Source of the DNA: a virus
Lineage: Duplodnaviria; Caudoviricetes
Direction: 5' to 3' (one strand)
Virus record (IMG/VR): IMGVR_UViG_3300017650_000025
Coordinates: 1 to 28,000 of that record
Length of the DNA: 28,000 nucleotides
Shown here: positions 1 to 6,459 of the stretch, piece by piece
Position numbering within the stretch: the first letter of the stretch is position 1
How the letters are laid out: each line of letters begins with the position of its first letter
Position numbers and translations under genes: made by a program
The notes under the pieces: model-generated
Told to the model about the DNA's origin: nothing
What the model saw: the letters and a program-made list of their open reading frames with translations, nothing else
Databases searched by the model: none

Positions 1-169
1 ACAGATGGTCTTTCAGACCGATAAACTGTTTCGTCAGTACATACCCAGTATCGAAATGCGTCTCCGCACACCACTTTTGAAAAATGACTTCTCCTGCATC
101 ACTCCACTCCAGCGGCTTCACTGTCACCCCAACCCCGCCCAGCGCAATCAGTTCGTCTCTCTTGGTCAT
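1..169 (-). CDS. Phage hypothetical protein, 3'-truncated by window start (MTKRDELIALGGVGVTVKPLEW...)
   Basis: ATG at 169 overlaps the upstream TGA (ATGA); frame open to the window edge; not in ORF track. Confidence 0.65.
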   Translation of the reverse strand, partial: MTKRDELIALGGVGVTVKPLEWSDAGEVIFQKWCAETHFDTGYVLTKQFIGLKDHL

Positions 170-438
170 GATTGCGACTCCGTATCGGCAGCCTGTCTGG
201 CGCGGAGGATGGCGTCGTCGTAGGCTTGAAGGGCGGTGCGGACGATCTTTTGAGCGGTCCAAAGACCCTGCTTGCCATGATCGTGCGGGTTCATAGCGTC
301 GATAGCTTCGAGCGTATTGATCAGAGGCTCAACCAGATCGGCGCGGATGAACTCAATCGCGCCCATATCGCCCTTGGCACACGGGTGCATTGATCCTGTA
401 CCATCAAGGTCACGCGCCCAGATGTTTGCGTCAGGCAT
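166..438 (-). CDS. Phage hypothetical protein (90 aa, MPDANIWARD...)
   Basis: Start re-assigned from 501 to ATG 438: TGATG overlap with upstream gene and GGAG RBS. Confidence 0.65.
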   Translation of the reverse strand: MPDANIWARDLDGTGSMHPCAKGDMGAIEFIRADLVEPLINTLEAIDAMNPHDHGKQGLWTAQKIVRTALQAYDDAILRARQAADTESQS

Positions 439-626
439 CAGCGTGACTCCTGCTGAGATTTCCCGCACCATGGGCAGAAATTTATCGGCGGAAGTTCGCA
501 ACCAAATATGATTTCATCATCTATCTGGTACGCGAGCGATCCATAGCCCTCGTTGTCTGTGCCATCTTGAAAAGCTTTGCGCATATCATGGCAACAACGA
601 CTCGCCGGCATCTTGCTATCAGCCAT
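438..626 (-). CDS. Small Cys-rich putative zinc-binding protein
   Basis: CCxxM near N-terminus and INFCPWCG near C-terminus; GAGGTG RBS; coupled to neighbours. Confidence 0.65.
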   Translation of the reverse strand: MADSKMPASRCCHDMRKAFQDGTDNEGYGSLAYQIDDEIIFGCELPPINFCPWCGKSQQESR

Positions 627-897
627 GATCCACCTCGCTCTTGGAGGCGGCGATCAGGGCGTCGGCGGCTTGGTAGGACGCTCTTGCGATAAAATCGAGA
701 AGCGTCTGGAATCCTTCGTGAAGGTCGCTGGGTGATGCGTCGTTTCGGCCAAGCATGGCCGCCATTGCTTTTGCAGCGAAGTAATCGCGCTTGGTGAGGC
801 CGGACGAAATGTCCGCGCCATACACGTTCGTCACGGGATTAATTGCAGCGTCCGCGCTCAAGGGAAATGCGGGTCCACCATCATCGATCTTGCTCAT
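619..897 (-). CDS. Conserved phage early protein (GGPAFP...GLTKRDYFAAKAM family)
   Basis: Widely recurring phage motif GGPAFP / RDYFAAKAM; ATGA coupling. Confidence 0.85.
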   Translation of the reverse strand: MSKIDDGGPAFPLSADAAINPVTNVYGADISSGLTKRDYFAAKAMAAMLGRNDASPSDLHEGFQTLLDFIARASYQAADALIAASKSEVDHG

Positions 898-1172
898 GCC
901 GCACCGCCAGTCTTGGCGAGGGCGGCGCGGTTCATTGCGGACGCAAGCTGTTCGGCGAACTTGCGTGGCAAAAACGTGCCGAGCGAGTTGCAGCTTTTGT
1001 TGCGGACGATCCAGAGCGGCCAGCTTTCGTCGCCCTTAACGCTCGCGGTCTCGGCATAGAACGGCGGCACCATTCCGATGCCACGCTTTATTGCGAGAAA
1101 CTCCGCCGCGACAGCATCGATAGTCCGCGCGCCTGCTGCTGTGCCCGCCGTATGCTTCGCTGCGGAGGTCAT
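894..1172 (-). CDS. Phage hypothetical protein
   Basis: ATGA overlaps at both ends, GAGGTG RBS. Confidence 0.7.
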   Translation of the reverse strand: MTSAAKHTAGTAAGARTIDAVAAEFLAIKRGIGMVPPFYAETASVKGDESWPLWIVRNKSCNSLGTFLPRKFAEQLASAMNRAALAKTGGAA

Positions 1173-1579
1173 GACCGCACCTCGGATTCTGATTTGCGGA
1201 TAAGAGGTCGGGATGCGCTGTGCTGGAGCGGCGCGCGATTAAAGCCGCGAGATTGGATGCGCCGACGCGATGGATTTAGGTCGACACCGATGTTTTTCGC
1301 GGCTTTGTGATATGTGCGGGATTTCTCAGCAACGTCCGCGGCGTTCTTGATCGGCAGGCACCAGGAACAAGTGACGTCGAGGTTACGCTCCCGATTTTCG
1401 CCGCCGTTGATGAGGGCAACAAGGTGTTCGCAGGTCCACGTCTCGCCGCCCGCGGCGTCGATCGCGCGACCGCAACGATGACAGCGACCGTCCTTCGCCT
1501 CGAACACTCGCAGGCGAACGCGAGGCGGGATTGCACTATCGTCGGTCTTTCCGATCCATTCGGCGACGGCGCGGCTCAT
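1169..1579 (-). CDS. HNH endonuclease
   Basis: CHRC...EHLVALINGGENRERNL...CSWC motif. Confidence 0.88.
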   Translation of the reverse strand: MSRAVAEWIGKTDDSAIPPRVRLRVFEAKDGRCHRCGRAIDAAGGETWTCEHLVALINGGENRERNLDVTCSWCLPIKNAADVAEKSRTYHKAAKNIGVDLNPSRRRIQSRGFNRAPLQHSASRPLIRKSESEVRS

Positions 1580-1704
1580 AGCGGCGTCTCCCCGTGTTCG
1601 GTCGGCTCACTCTCGATACGGATCGGTCCGCCACCGATGTAGGCAAGAGTGAGGAATACGCCGGAAAGGAAGCCGACAACGAAAATTGCTGCGATCTCAG
1701 GCAT
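1576..1704 (-). CDS. 42-aa single-transmembrane peptide (MPEIAAIFVVGFLSGVFLTLAYIGGG...)
   Basis: Fills the gap exactly, GAGGTG RBS, TGA overlaps HNH ATG; hydrophobic N-terminal stretch; below ORF-track cutoff. Confidence 0.65.
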   Translation of the reverse strand: MPEIAAIFVVGFLSGVFLTLAYIGGGPIRIESEPTEHGETPL

Positions 1705-1918
1705 GCTGTTTCACCTCAAACCGAGAGTTGATCCGATCCATGTCGCGCGCGAACGATTCCATTCGGAAATAGGCGTCGACGTGATCGAGGCCTTGGCGCC
1801 GAAGGCTGGTGTAGAGATTCCACTTCGCCCGCTCGCGCAGTTCTGGCGTCGACAGTCCGCCCATTGTTGCGGACTGGCATTCGGTATTGGAAATCGGGAA
1901 GGGGATGACGTTGCTCAT
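1697..1918 (-). CDS. Phage hypothetical protein (MSNVIPFP...)
   Basis: NVIPFP N-terminus typical of phage early proteins; ATGA coupling. Confidence 0.7.
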   Translation of the reverse strand: MSNVIPFPISNTECQSATMGGLSTPELRERAKWNLYTSLRRQGLDHVDAYFRMESFARDMDRINSRFEVKQHA

Positions 1919-2484
1919 CGCGCACCCCGCGCCAGTTCGGTTACGGTGTATTGCCCGGCGGCGCGCAGGTCGGCGCGGCGTGCCCGATACGCGCGCGCGC
2001 GCTGCACCTCAGCCTTCTTCCGCTTCTGCGCGTCAAGAGCGTGATGGTAGGCGATCGTCAGTTCTCGCCATGCTGCACGCTGCGCGTCAGTCCATTCGAC
2101 CTGATCGCTGAGCTGCGGATTATGGGCCTGACACAGCCGGCGCTTGCTCGCGAGCCAGCCCGGCACGTAGATCATGAGCATGCCGATCTGTGGCGGTGCC
2201 GCCTGATATGAAATGGCCGTGTGCAGGATGGTGACGATCGGCTTCCCGGCGCGCAGGGGGTGCGTGTAGGTCAGCGGCAGCAGCTTCGCGTTGGCGCGCA
2301 AGCCGTCATGAGAAACCAGAATCCAGTTCGGTCCGGCATCGTGCTGCACGACGGTGAGGATCGGCGTCGACCACGGATTGCAGCCCTCAAAGCTGATCGG
2401 GGTTCGTCCCTCGGCCGTCATGTCGGCAAGACATTCCCGGACGGCCTGATTGGCGTCGGCTAGAGCGGCATCAATATTTCTCAT
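1915..2484 (-). CDS. Phage hypothetical protein with basic C-terminal helix
   Basis: GGAGG RBS, ATGA coupling at both ends. Confidence 0.7.
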   Translation of the reverse strand: MRNIDAALADANQAVRECLADMTAEGRTPISFEGCNPWSTPILTVVQHDAGPNWILVSHDGLRANAKLLPLTYTHPLRAGKPIVTILHTAISYQAAPPQIGMLMIYVPGWLASKRRLCQAHNPQLSDQVEWTDAQRAAWRELTIAYHHALDAQKRKKAEVQRARAYRARRADLRAAGQYTVTELARGAR

Positions 2485-2696
2485 GCCGCCCTCCGTCGTG
2501 CAGAGGTGCCGGCGCCGGGAAATTTGTATTCAGCGATCGCGTCGATCACGAGAATGCGGCGGCAGAGTTCGCCGCGGTCGGCCGCGCTCAGGTCATGACA
2601 GGCGTCGTCGAGAAGCGCGTTCGACTTGCGGGCCAGATCCTCGCGCGACAGGTGCGCGATCTCGAGGAGGAATTGCTCTTGCGGGGAGGGCTGCAT
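2481..2696 (-). CDS. Phage hypothetical protein
   Basis: GGAGG RBS; ATG directly follows antirepressor TAA. Confidence 0.7.
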   Translation of the reverse strand: MQPSPQEQFLLEIAHLSREDLARKSNALLDDACHDLSAADRGELCRRILVIDAIAEYKFPGAGTSARRRAA

Positions 2697-3500
2697 TTAT
2701 GCGGCCTCCGAGCTTGAGACCGCGGCGCCGGGCCGGCACTTGATGGAATCCGGCACGCGCGATGAGAAGTATTCGAGCCCCTTCGGCGTGATCCAGCCGC
2801 GCGGGCGCGCCTTGCCGTCATCGCCGATGAAGTTTTTGACCTCGAACAGGCCGGACTGGAGATACTGCTGATACGGGACCAAGGCGTCGCCGCTATAGAA
2901 GCAGTATTTCTGGCGCAGCCAGCGGGTGAACAGGTTCGGCCGGCAGTTCAGGGCACGCCCGGCATTCTGATAGCCATAGAGCCCGTTGGCGTCGACGAAG
3001 CGGTCGAAGAAATCGCCCTTCGGCACCAACGTGGCGATCTGCGCCTGCTGCTGCTCGACGATCTCGACCGTTGACGCCAGCTCGCGCAGCGCCTCGGCGT
3101 AGGATTTCGGCAGGGCAGGGGCTGCCGATGCGGGATTGTACGACCCGGTTGCCCGGATCGACGGCAGCACGTCGTGAAACACGAAGCGCTGGAAGCGGGC
3201 GATCTTCGCCGTCAGGCTGGCGTCGTGCTTCTTGTTGGCGCGGCGCTGGATGATGGCGCGGTAGACGCCGGGCTCGGAGACCAGAGCGACCGACTGGTCG
3301 CCGCCAAGGGTGTCCATAGTGTGGACCCCCTTCTCGTCGTCATCGAGAAGCCGGAGAAGGTGGGGCGTGTGCTCGTATCCCAGCTCGCGAGCCACGTCGG
3401 TCGCGACGAACCACGTCTCGCCATCGATCTCGACCAACCGGACATTCCGGCCTTCAAACTGGAAAGGTGTCGGGCCCTGCGTCTTGACCGTATCGAGCAT
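2697..3500 (-). CDS. Phage antirepressor, BRO-N plus KilAC (ANT) domains
   Basis: FQFEGRNVR...WFVATDVARELGY...VSEPGVY (BRO-N); LPKSYAEALRELA...PKGDFFD...ITPKG (KilAC). Start ATG 3500 with GGAG RBS; the longer ORF-track start lies inside the operators. Confidence 0.92.
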   Translation of the reverse strand: MLDTVKTQGPTPFQFEGRNVRLVEIDGETWFVATDVARELGYEHTPHLLRLLDDDEKGVHTMDTLGGDQSVALVSEPGVYRAIIQRRANKKHDASLTAKIARFQRFVFHDVLPSIRATGSYNPASAAPALPKSYAEALRELASTVEIVEQQQAQIATLVPKGDFFDRFVDANGLYGYQNAGRALNCRPNLFTRWLRQKYCFYSGDALVPYQQYLQSGLFEVKNFIGDDGKARPRGWITPKGLEYFSSRVPDSIKCRPGAAVSSSEAA

Positions 3501-3538
3501 CTGTCGCGCTCCATCGTCTGGGTGACTGATGGAGCAAA

Positions 3539-3577
3539 TAAAGCATAGCTTGATTTTAAAAGTCAAGCATAGCTTTA
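3539..3577. promoter_or_regulatory. OL-like operator pair overlapping a leftward promoter (-35-like TTGACT on minus strand)
   Basis: TAAAGCATAGCTTGA (3539-3553) and TCAAGCATAGCTTTA (3563-3577), 24 bp apart, same consensus as the cI/cro operators; -10 not clearly assignable. Confidence 0.85.
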
Positions 3578-3640
3578 GAAAAATATCTTAGGCAAGGGAG
3601 GGAATCGATTCGACTCTCGGGAAAAGTTGAGTCCAATATA

Positions 3641-3655
3641 GAACATAACAAGAAC
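3641..3655 (+). promoter_or_regulatory. Alphaproteobacterial LexA (SOS) box
   Basis: GAAC-ATAACAA-GAAC is a perfect GAAC-N7-GAAC (GTTC-N7-GTTC) 14 bp upstream of ATG 3670. Confidence 0.85.
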
Positions 3656-3669
3656 AAACGGGCAGGGCG

Positions 3670-3873
3670 ATGGCGGTGTTCTGGGTGGCATGTCTGGACT
3701 GCGGCAACGGTGCGCGGGTGAAGGCACCCACCACAGTAGGAAAGGCCTTCTGGAGACGATTCACCTGCTCGAATTGCAGCAAGGCTGGCGGTCAGGGCCG
3801 CCGAATTCAGGTGTCAGCAGTAGTGGAGAGTAGCAATGACCCAAGTCACGTATTTCGTTGTGCAGCCTTTTGA
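3670..3873 (+). CDS. Small zinc-ribbon protein, putatively SOS-regulated
   Basis: CLDC...CSNC; first ORF after LexA box; modest RBS (AGGG). Confidence 0.55.
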   Translation: MAVFWVACLDCGNGARVKAPTTVGKAFWRRFTCSNCSKAGGQGRRIQVSAVVESSNDPSHVFRCAAF

Positions 3874-4075
3874 GCAGGACAAGCGAGGCGGGCTGATCGC
3901 AAAGCAGCCCCAGCAGGTGCAGACCCAATCCATGGCGATTTCACGCGCCAAACGTCTGGCCGAGAAGGGTGGGGCTGTCGCATTCAGCCGTACCGGCGAT
4001 CTCTCGACCGGCGACTTTGACGACGCCGTGGTGCTTGGCCAGTTTGGGTTGGTGCCGGAGGAATTGTTCGTTTAA
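3836..4075 (+). CDS. Conserved-looking hypothetical protein, putatively SOS-regulated
   Basis: GGAGAG RBS; YFVVQPF...GAVAFSRTGD...FG.VP pattern recalled from Rhizobiales small proteins. Confidence 0.75.
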   Translation: MTQVTYFVVQPFEQDKRGGLIAKQPQQVQTQSMAISRAKRLAEKGGAVAFSRTGDLSTGDFDDAVVLGQFGLVPEELFV

Positions 4076-4554
4076 GCGGGAATTGCTACCGGCTGTGGAA
4101 TGGGGCTGTGACTCACCTTTAGCCGAGCTAGATGTATCGATTCCGATCCTCGCTCGGCCGCGACCGTAATTCGGCCCGGCCCAGACAAATTTACGTCAAC
4201 CATATTAAACACTACGGTCATCGCCATGATTGGATCGAACAGGTCGCCATCTTCAGGTTCGCGCTGGGGCGCGGGAAGAGCGTCCAGATCCGCGCGAGGC
4301 ACTATCGTTTCAGCGATTGGCTTGTCTATTCCTGAATATGAAACGATGAACTTAACATCGTCTCGACTCTCGTTAGGCCGCTCCGCAAGGTTGGCAATAA
4401 CCGCCAACGATCGAAGGCGAACTGGAAACCCAGTAGGAATGACCATCTCGTAATTATAGACGCCGATATAAATTTGCTTGCCGGTGTTTTCTATCCGCAC
4501 TTCATCGCAAAAAATTGCGTATCCAAAAGGGGTTTCACACTTTTTCATCTTCAT
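4072..4554 (-). CDS. DUF6941-like beta-rich protein
   Basis: AIFCDEVRIENTGKQIYIGVY...FP N-terminal signature; alternating beta-strand pattern; ATGA-coupled to upstream HTH gene. Confidence 0.7.
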   Translation of the reverse strand: MKMKKCETPFGYAIFCDEVRIENTGKQIYIGVYNYEMVIPTGFPVRLRSLAVIANLAERPNESRDDVKFIVSYSGIDKPIAETIVPRADLDALPAPQREPEDGDLFDPIMAMTVVFNMVDVNLSGPGRITVAAERGSESIHLARLKVSHSPIPQPVAIPA

Positions 4555-4949
4555 GAGCGCGAACCGACATTCTCAAAAGACTTGATTACAGGCACAAAGC
4601 TACCGGTCGCGGGCAGCGAAGTAGGTTGCACAAAACCTGAGGCGGCGCCAGGAACAGGAACGGCATAATCGTTCAAATGCTTCGATATAGGGCGGGCCTC
4701 AAAGTGCGGTTCCCATCCAACTGCCCATAGTATTTCAGCAATTCGACGAGCACTTAAATTCTCCATGCCCTGCACCTGTCGATTGATGACGGCGCGGCTA
4801 GTCCCAACAGCTTCGGCAATGCCCTGCTGGGTAATCTTTCGGCATTTCTTCTCAGTGACAATTGCGCGACGGATTTCATTCACGACACGCGCCATGAATG
4901 CTGATCCAGCCTGTGATTTCTCATCAATCTCGAGTTCAAATAAGGTCAT
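4551..4949 (-). CDS. XRE-family HTH protein (HigA-like antitoxin candidate) with ~45-aa low-complexity C-terminal tail
   Basis: ITQQGIAEAVGTSRAVINRQVQGMENLSARRIAEILWAVG HTH; start ATG 4949 with GGGAG RBS, overlapping the end of the upstream gene. Confidence 0.82.
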   Translation of the reverse strand: MTLFELEIDEKSQAGSAFMARVVNEIRRAIVTEKKCRKITQQGIAEAVGTSRAVINRQVQGMENLSARRIAEILWAVGWEPHFEARPISKHLNDYAVPVPGAASGFVQPTSLPATGSFVPVIKSFENVGSRS

Positions 4950-5418
4950 TGAAGTCTCCCGTCGCGAATTTCTGGCCGTCCAGCGGCAGCGCGTCGCGCG
5001 CCGCAACTACAGCGCGGCGGTCATCTGCATACGTGCGAATTTTCGTGGGCGGCTTGTAGTGGTCAGCAAAGCCTCCGCTGACCGCGATGAATTGGCGCTT
5101 TCGGTACATCCAACCGAAAACCCGAAGGTCTACAGTTTTCATTTCCCAGACATTGTCGGACACTGGTCTCATGTCATGAAACATACGATCGCGCGCGATT
5201 TCTTCACCGGCGATCCATTGCCGCAACCGCTCAACGAGTTGTTCAAGTGGGGAAGAGGCGCACTGGAACCTTCCAGTCTTCATCTCTTTTACGGATTTCA
5301 TCCATTCCACACACTCCGGAAACGCGAACACTTTCCGCTCATGAAACTGACCATGTGGCAGTTTGGGAGCCACTTGTATAAGAAGTCGATCTTCAATTAG
5401 CTTCTCAAATGTAGCCAT
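4936..5418 (-). CDS. RelE/HigB-like toxin candidate
   Basis: FHDMRPVSDNVWEMKTVDLRVFGW...FIAV resembles the RelE-fold 'lwElr...RvfY' core; toxin-first order before an XRE gene. Confidence 0.62.
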   Translation of the reverse strand: MATFEKLIEDRLLIQVAPKLPHGQFHERKVFAFPECVEWMKSVKEMKTGRFQCASSPLEQLVERLRQWIAGEEIARDRMFHDMRPVSDNVWEMKTVDLRVFGWMYRKRQFIAVSGGFADHYKPPTKIRTYADDRRAVVAARDALPLDGQKFATGDFNDLI

Positions 5419-5437
5419 TCAGGTCAACAAATTTGCG

Positions 5438-5451
5438 TGATTTATAAATCA
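5438..5451. promoter_or_regulatory. Perfect 14-bp palindrome, candidate operator
   Basis: TGATTTA-TAAATCA in the 48-bp gap between the cI stop and the toxin start. Confidence 0.5.
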
Positions 5452-5466
5452 TCGGTAAAATAGAAC

Positions 5467-6159
5467 CTATCCCAGCAAATCCCTCAGCGGCAGCACCCGC
5501 CACAGCCGGTGAACCTCGCCTCGGTCGAACTCGATTTCCCGCTTGGGATTGTGCTGCTTACAGAATAGGCGTCGGCCCGTAACCTTCACCAATTCCTTGA
5601 GAAACGCCTTTGGCGCGTCCCCCTCGTTCTCGGGGTAAAGCTCGACCACGACGTCGTCGCCTGGTGCGGCAAGACGCTCCTGCACATAGATCAGCTCGCC
5701 CGACTTGAACCGGGGAACCATGCTCACCCCAGCGACGTTCAGCGCCGCCACGTTCTTCGCGTTACGAATCCCGGGCGGCCGGCGGACCTGGTCGATCACG
5801 TCCCCAAAATAAAAGAAGCTGTCGTCACCGCCAACGACGACGCCGCGGACGTCCATCCATTCATCACCGACGTCCGGCCAGCCTTCGCCGACCTGCTGGA
5901 CCTCCGAGGGCTCGGGTCCAGAAGGGCGGATGATCTGGGGCTCCGTGGCCTTCTCTTGGTCGTCCCCAAGCAGCCAGCCCGCCGTCACGCCGAGGAAGCC
6001 TGCAATCCGGACCAGCTTATCTGGCTCTGGCATCGCCTCGCCGCGCTCCCAACCCGAGACGGCCTGCGGGGTAACGCCAACAAGGTCCGCGATGGCCTGC
6101 TGGGTTACCTTTGGGCTTCGCGCCTTCCGAGCCTCTTTGAAACGGTCTTTAAATGTCAT
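5467..6159 (-). CDS. cI: CI-like phage repressor (XRE HTH plus S24 peptidase)
   Basis: VTQQAIADLVGVTPQAVSGWERG HTH; VAGVSMVPRF (Ser) and AFLKEL (Lys); divergent from cro. Start ATG 6159 preferred. Confidence 0.93.
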   Translation of the reverse strand: MTFKDRFKEARKARSPKVTQQAIADLVGVTPQAVSGWERGEAMPEPDKLVRIAGFLGVTAGWLLGDDQEKATEPQIIRPSGPEPSEVQQVGEGWPDVGDEWMDVRGVVVGGDDSFFYFGDVIDQVRRPPGIRNAKNVAALNVAGVSMVPRFKSGELIYVQERLAAPGDDVVVELYPENEGDAPKAFLKELVKVTGRRLFCKQHNPKREIEFDRGEVHRLWRVLPLRDLLG

Positions 6160-6169
6160 TTCAAAAGGA

Positions 6170-6232
6170 TAAAGGTCCGCTTTAGATTGTAAATAAACCA
6201 ACGCTTGACTTTATGGTTAAAGCTATGCTTGA
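6170..6232. promoter_or_regulatory. OR-like triple operator with divergent promoters
   Basis: TAAAGGTCCGCTTTA (6170), TAAACCAACGCTTGA (6194), TAAAGCTATGCTTGA (6218); TTGACT at 6205 on plus; TTTACA-N16-TATCCT on minus. Confidence 0.85.
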
Positions 6233-6240
6233 TATTTGGC

Positions 6241-6459
6241 ATGGCTGAGAAGGACGAAGCGCTTAAGAAAGCGATCCAGAGGGTTGGTAGCGGGGAGGCC
6301 CTTGCTGGCCTGCTCGGCATCACTCCTCAAGCTCTATCGCAATGGGACCGCGTTCCACCGCTTCGTGTCCTCGAGGTTGAGCGCCATACCGGCGTTCCTC
6401 GCCACGATCTCCGGCCTGACATTTATCCGGCGCCCTCCCAAGCAGGAGAGGCGGCATGA
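6241..6459 (+). CDS. cro: Cro/YdaS-like repressor
   Basis: ALAGLLGITPQALSQW..VPPLRVLEVERHTGVPRHDLRPDIY; divergent from cI. Confidence 0.92.
   Translation: MAEKDEALKKAIQRVGSGEALAGLLGITPQALSQWDRVPPLRVLEVERHTGVPRHDLRPDIYPAPSQAGEAA

Noticed and set aside
1990-2002. (CG)n run as possible Z-DNA element
   Set aside because: Explained by Arg-Ala codons in a GC-rich CDS
4765-5400. 211-aa plus-strand ORF over the toxin/HTH genes
   Set aside because: Shadow ORF; minus-strand genes have motifs and coupling
6149-6163. TTAA-N7-TTCA as possible CtrA site
   Set aside because: Imperfect match overlapping the cI start in an AT-rich region; insufficient support
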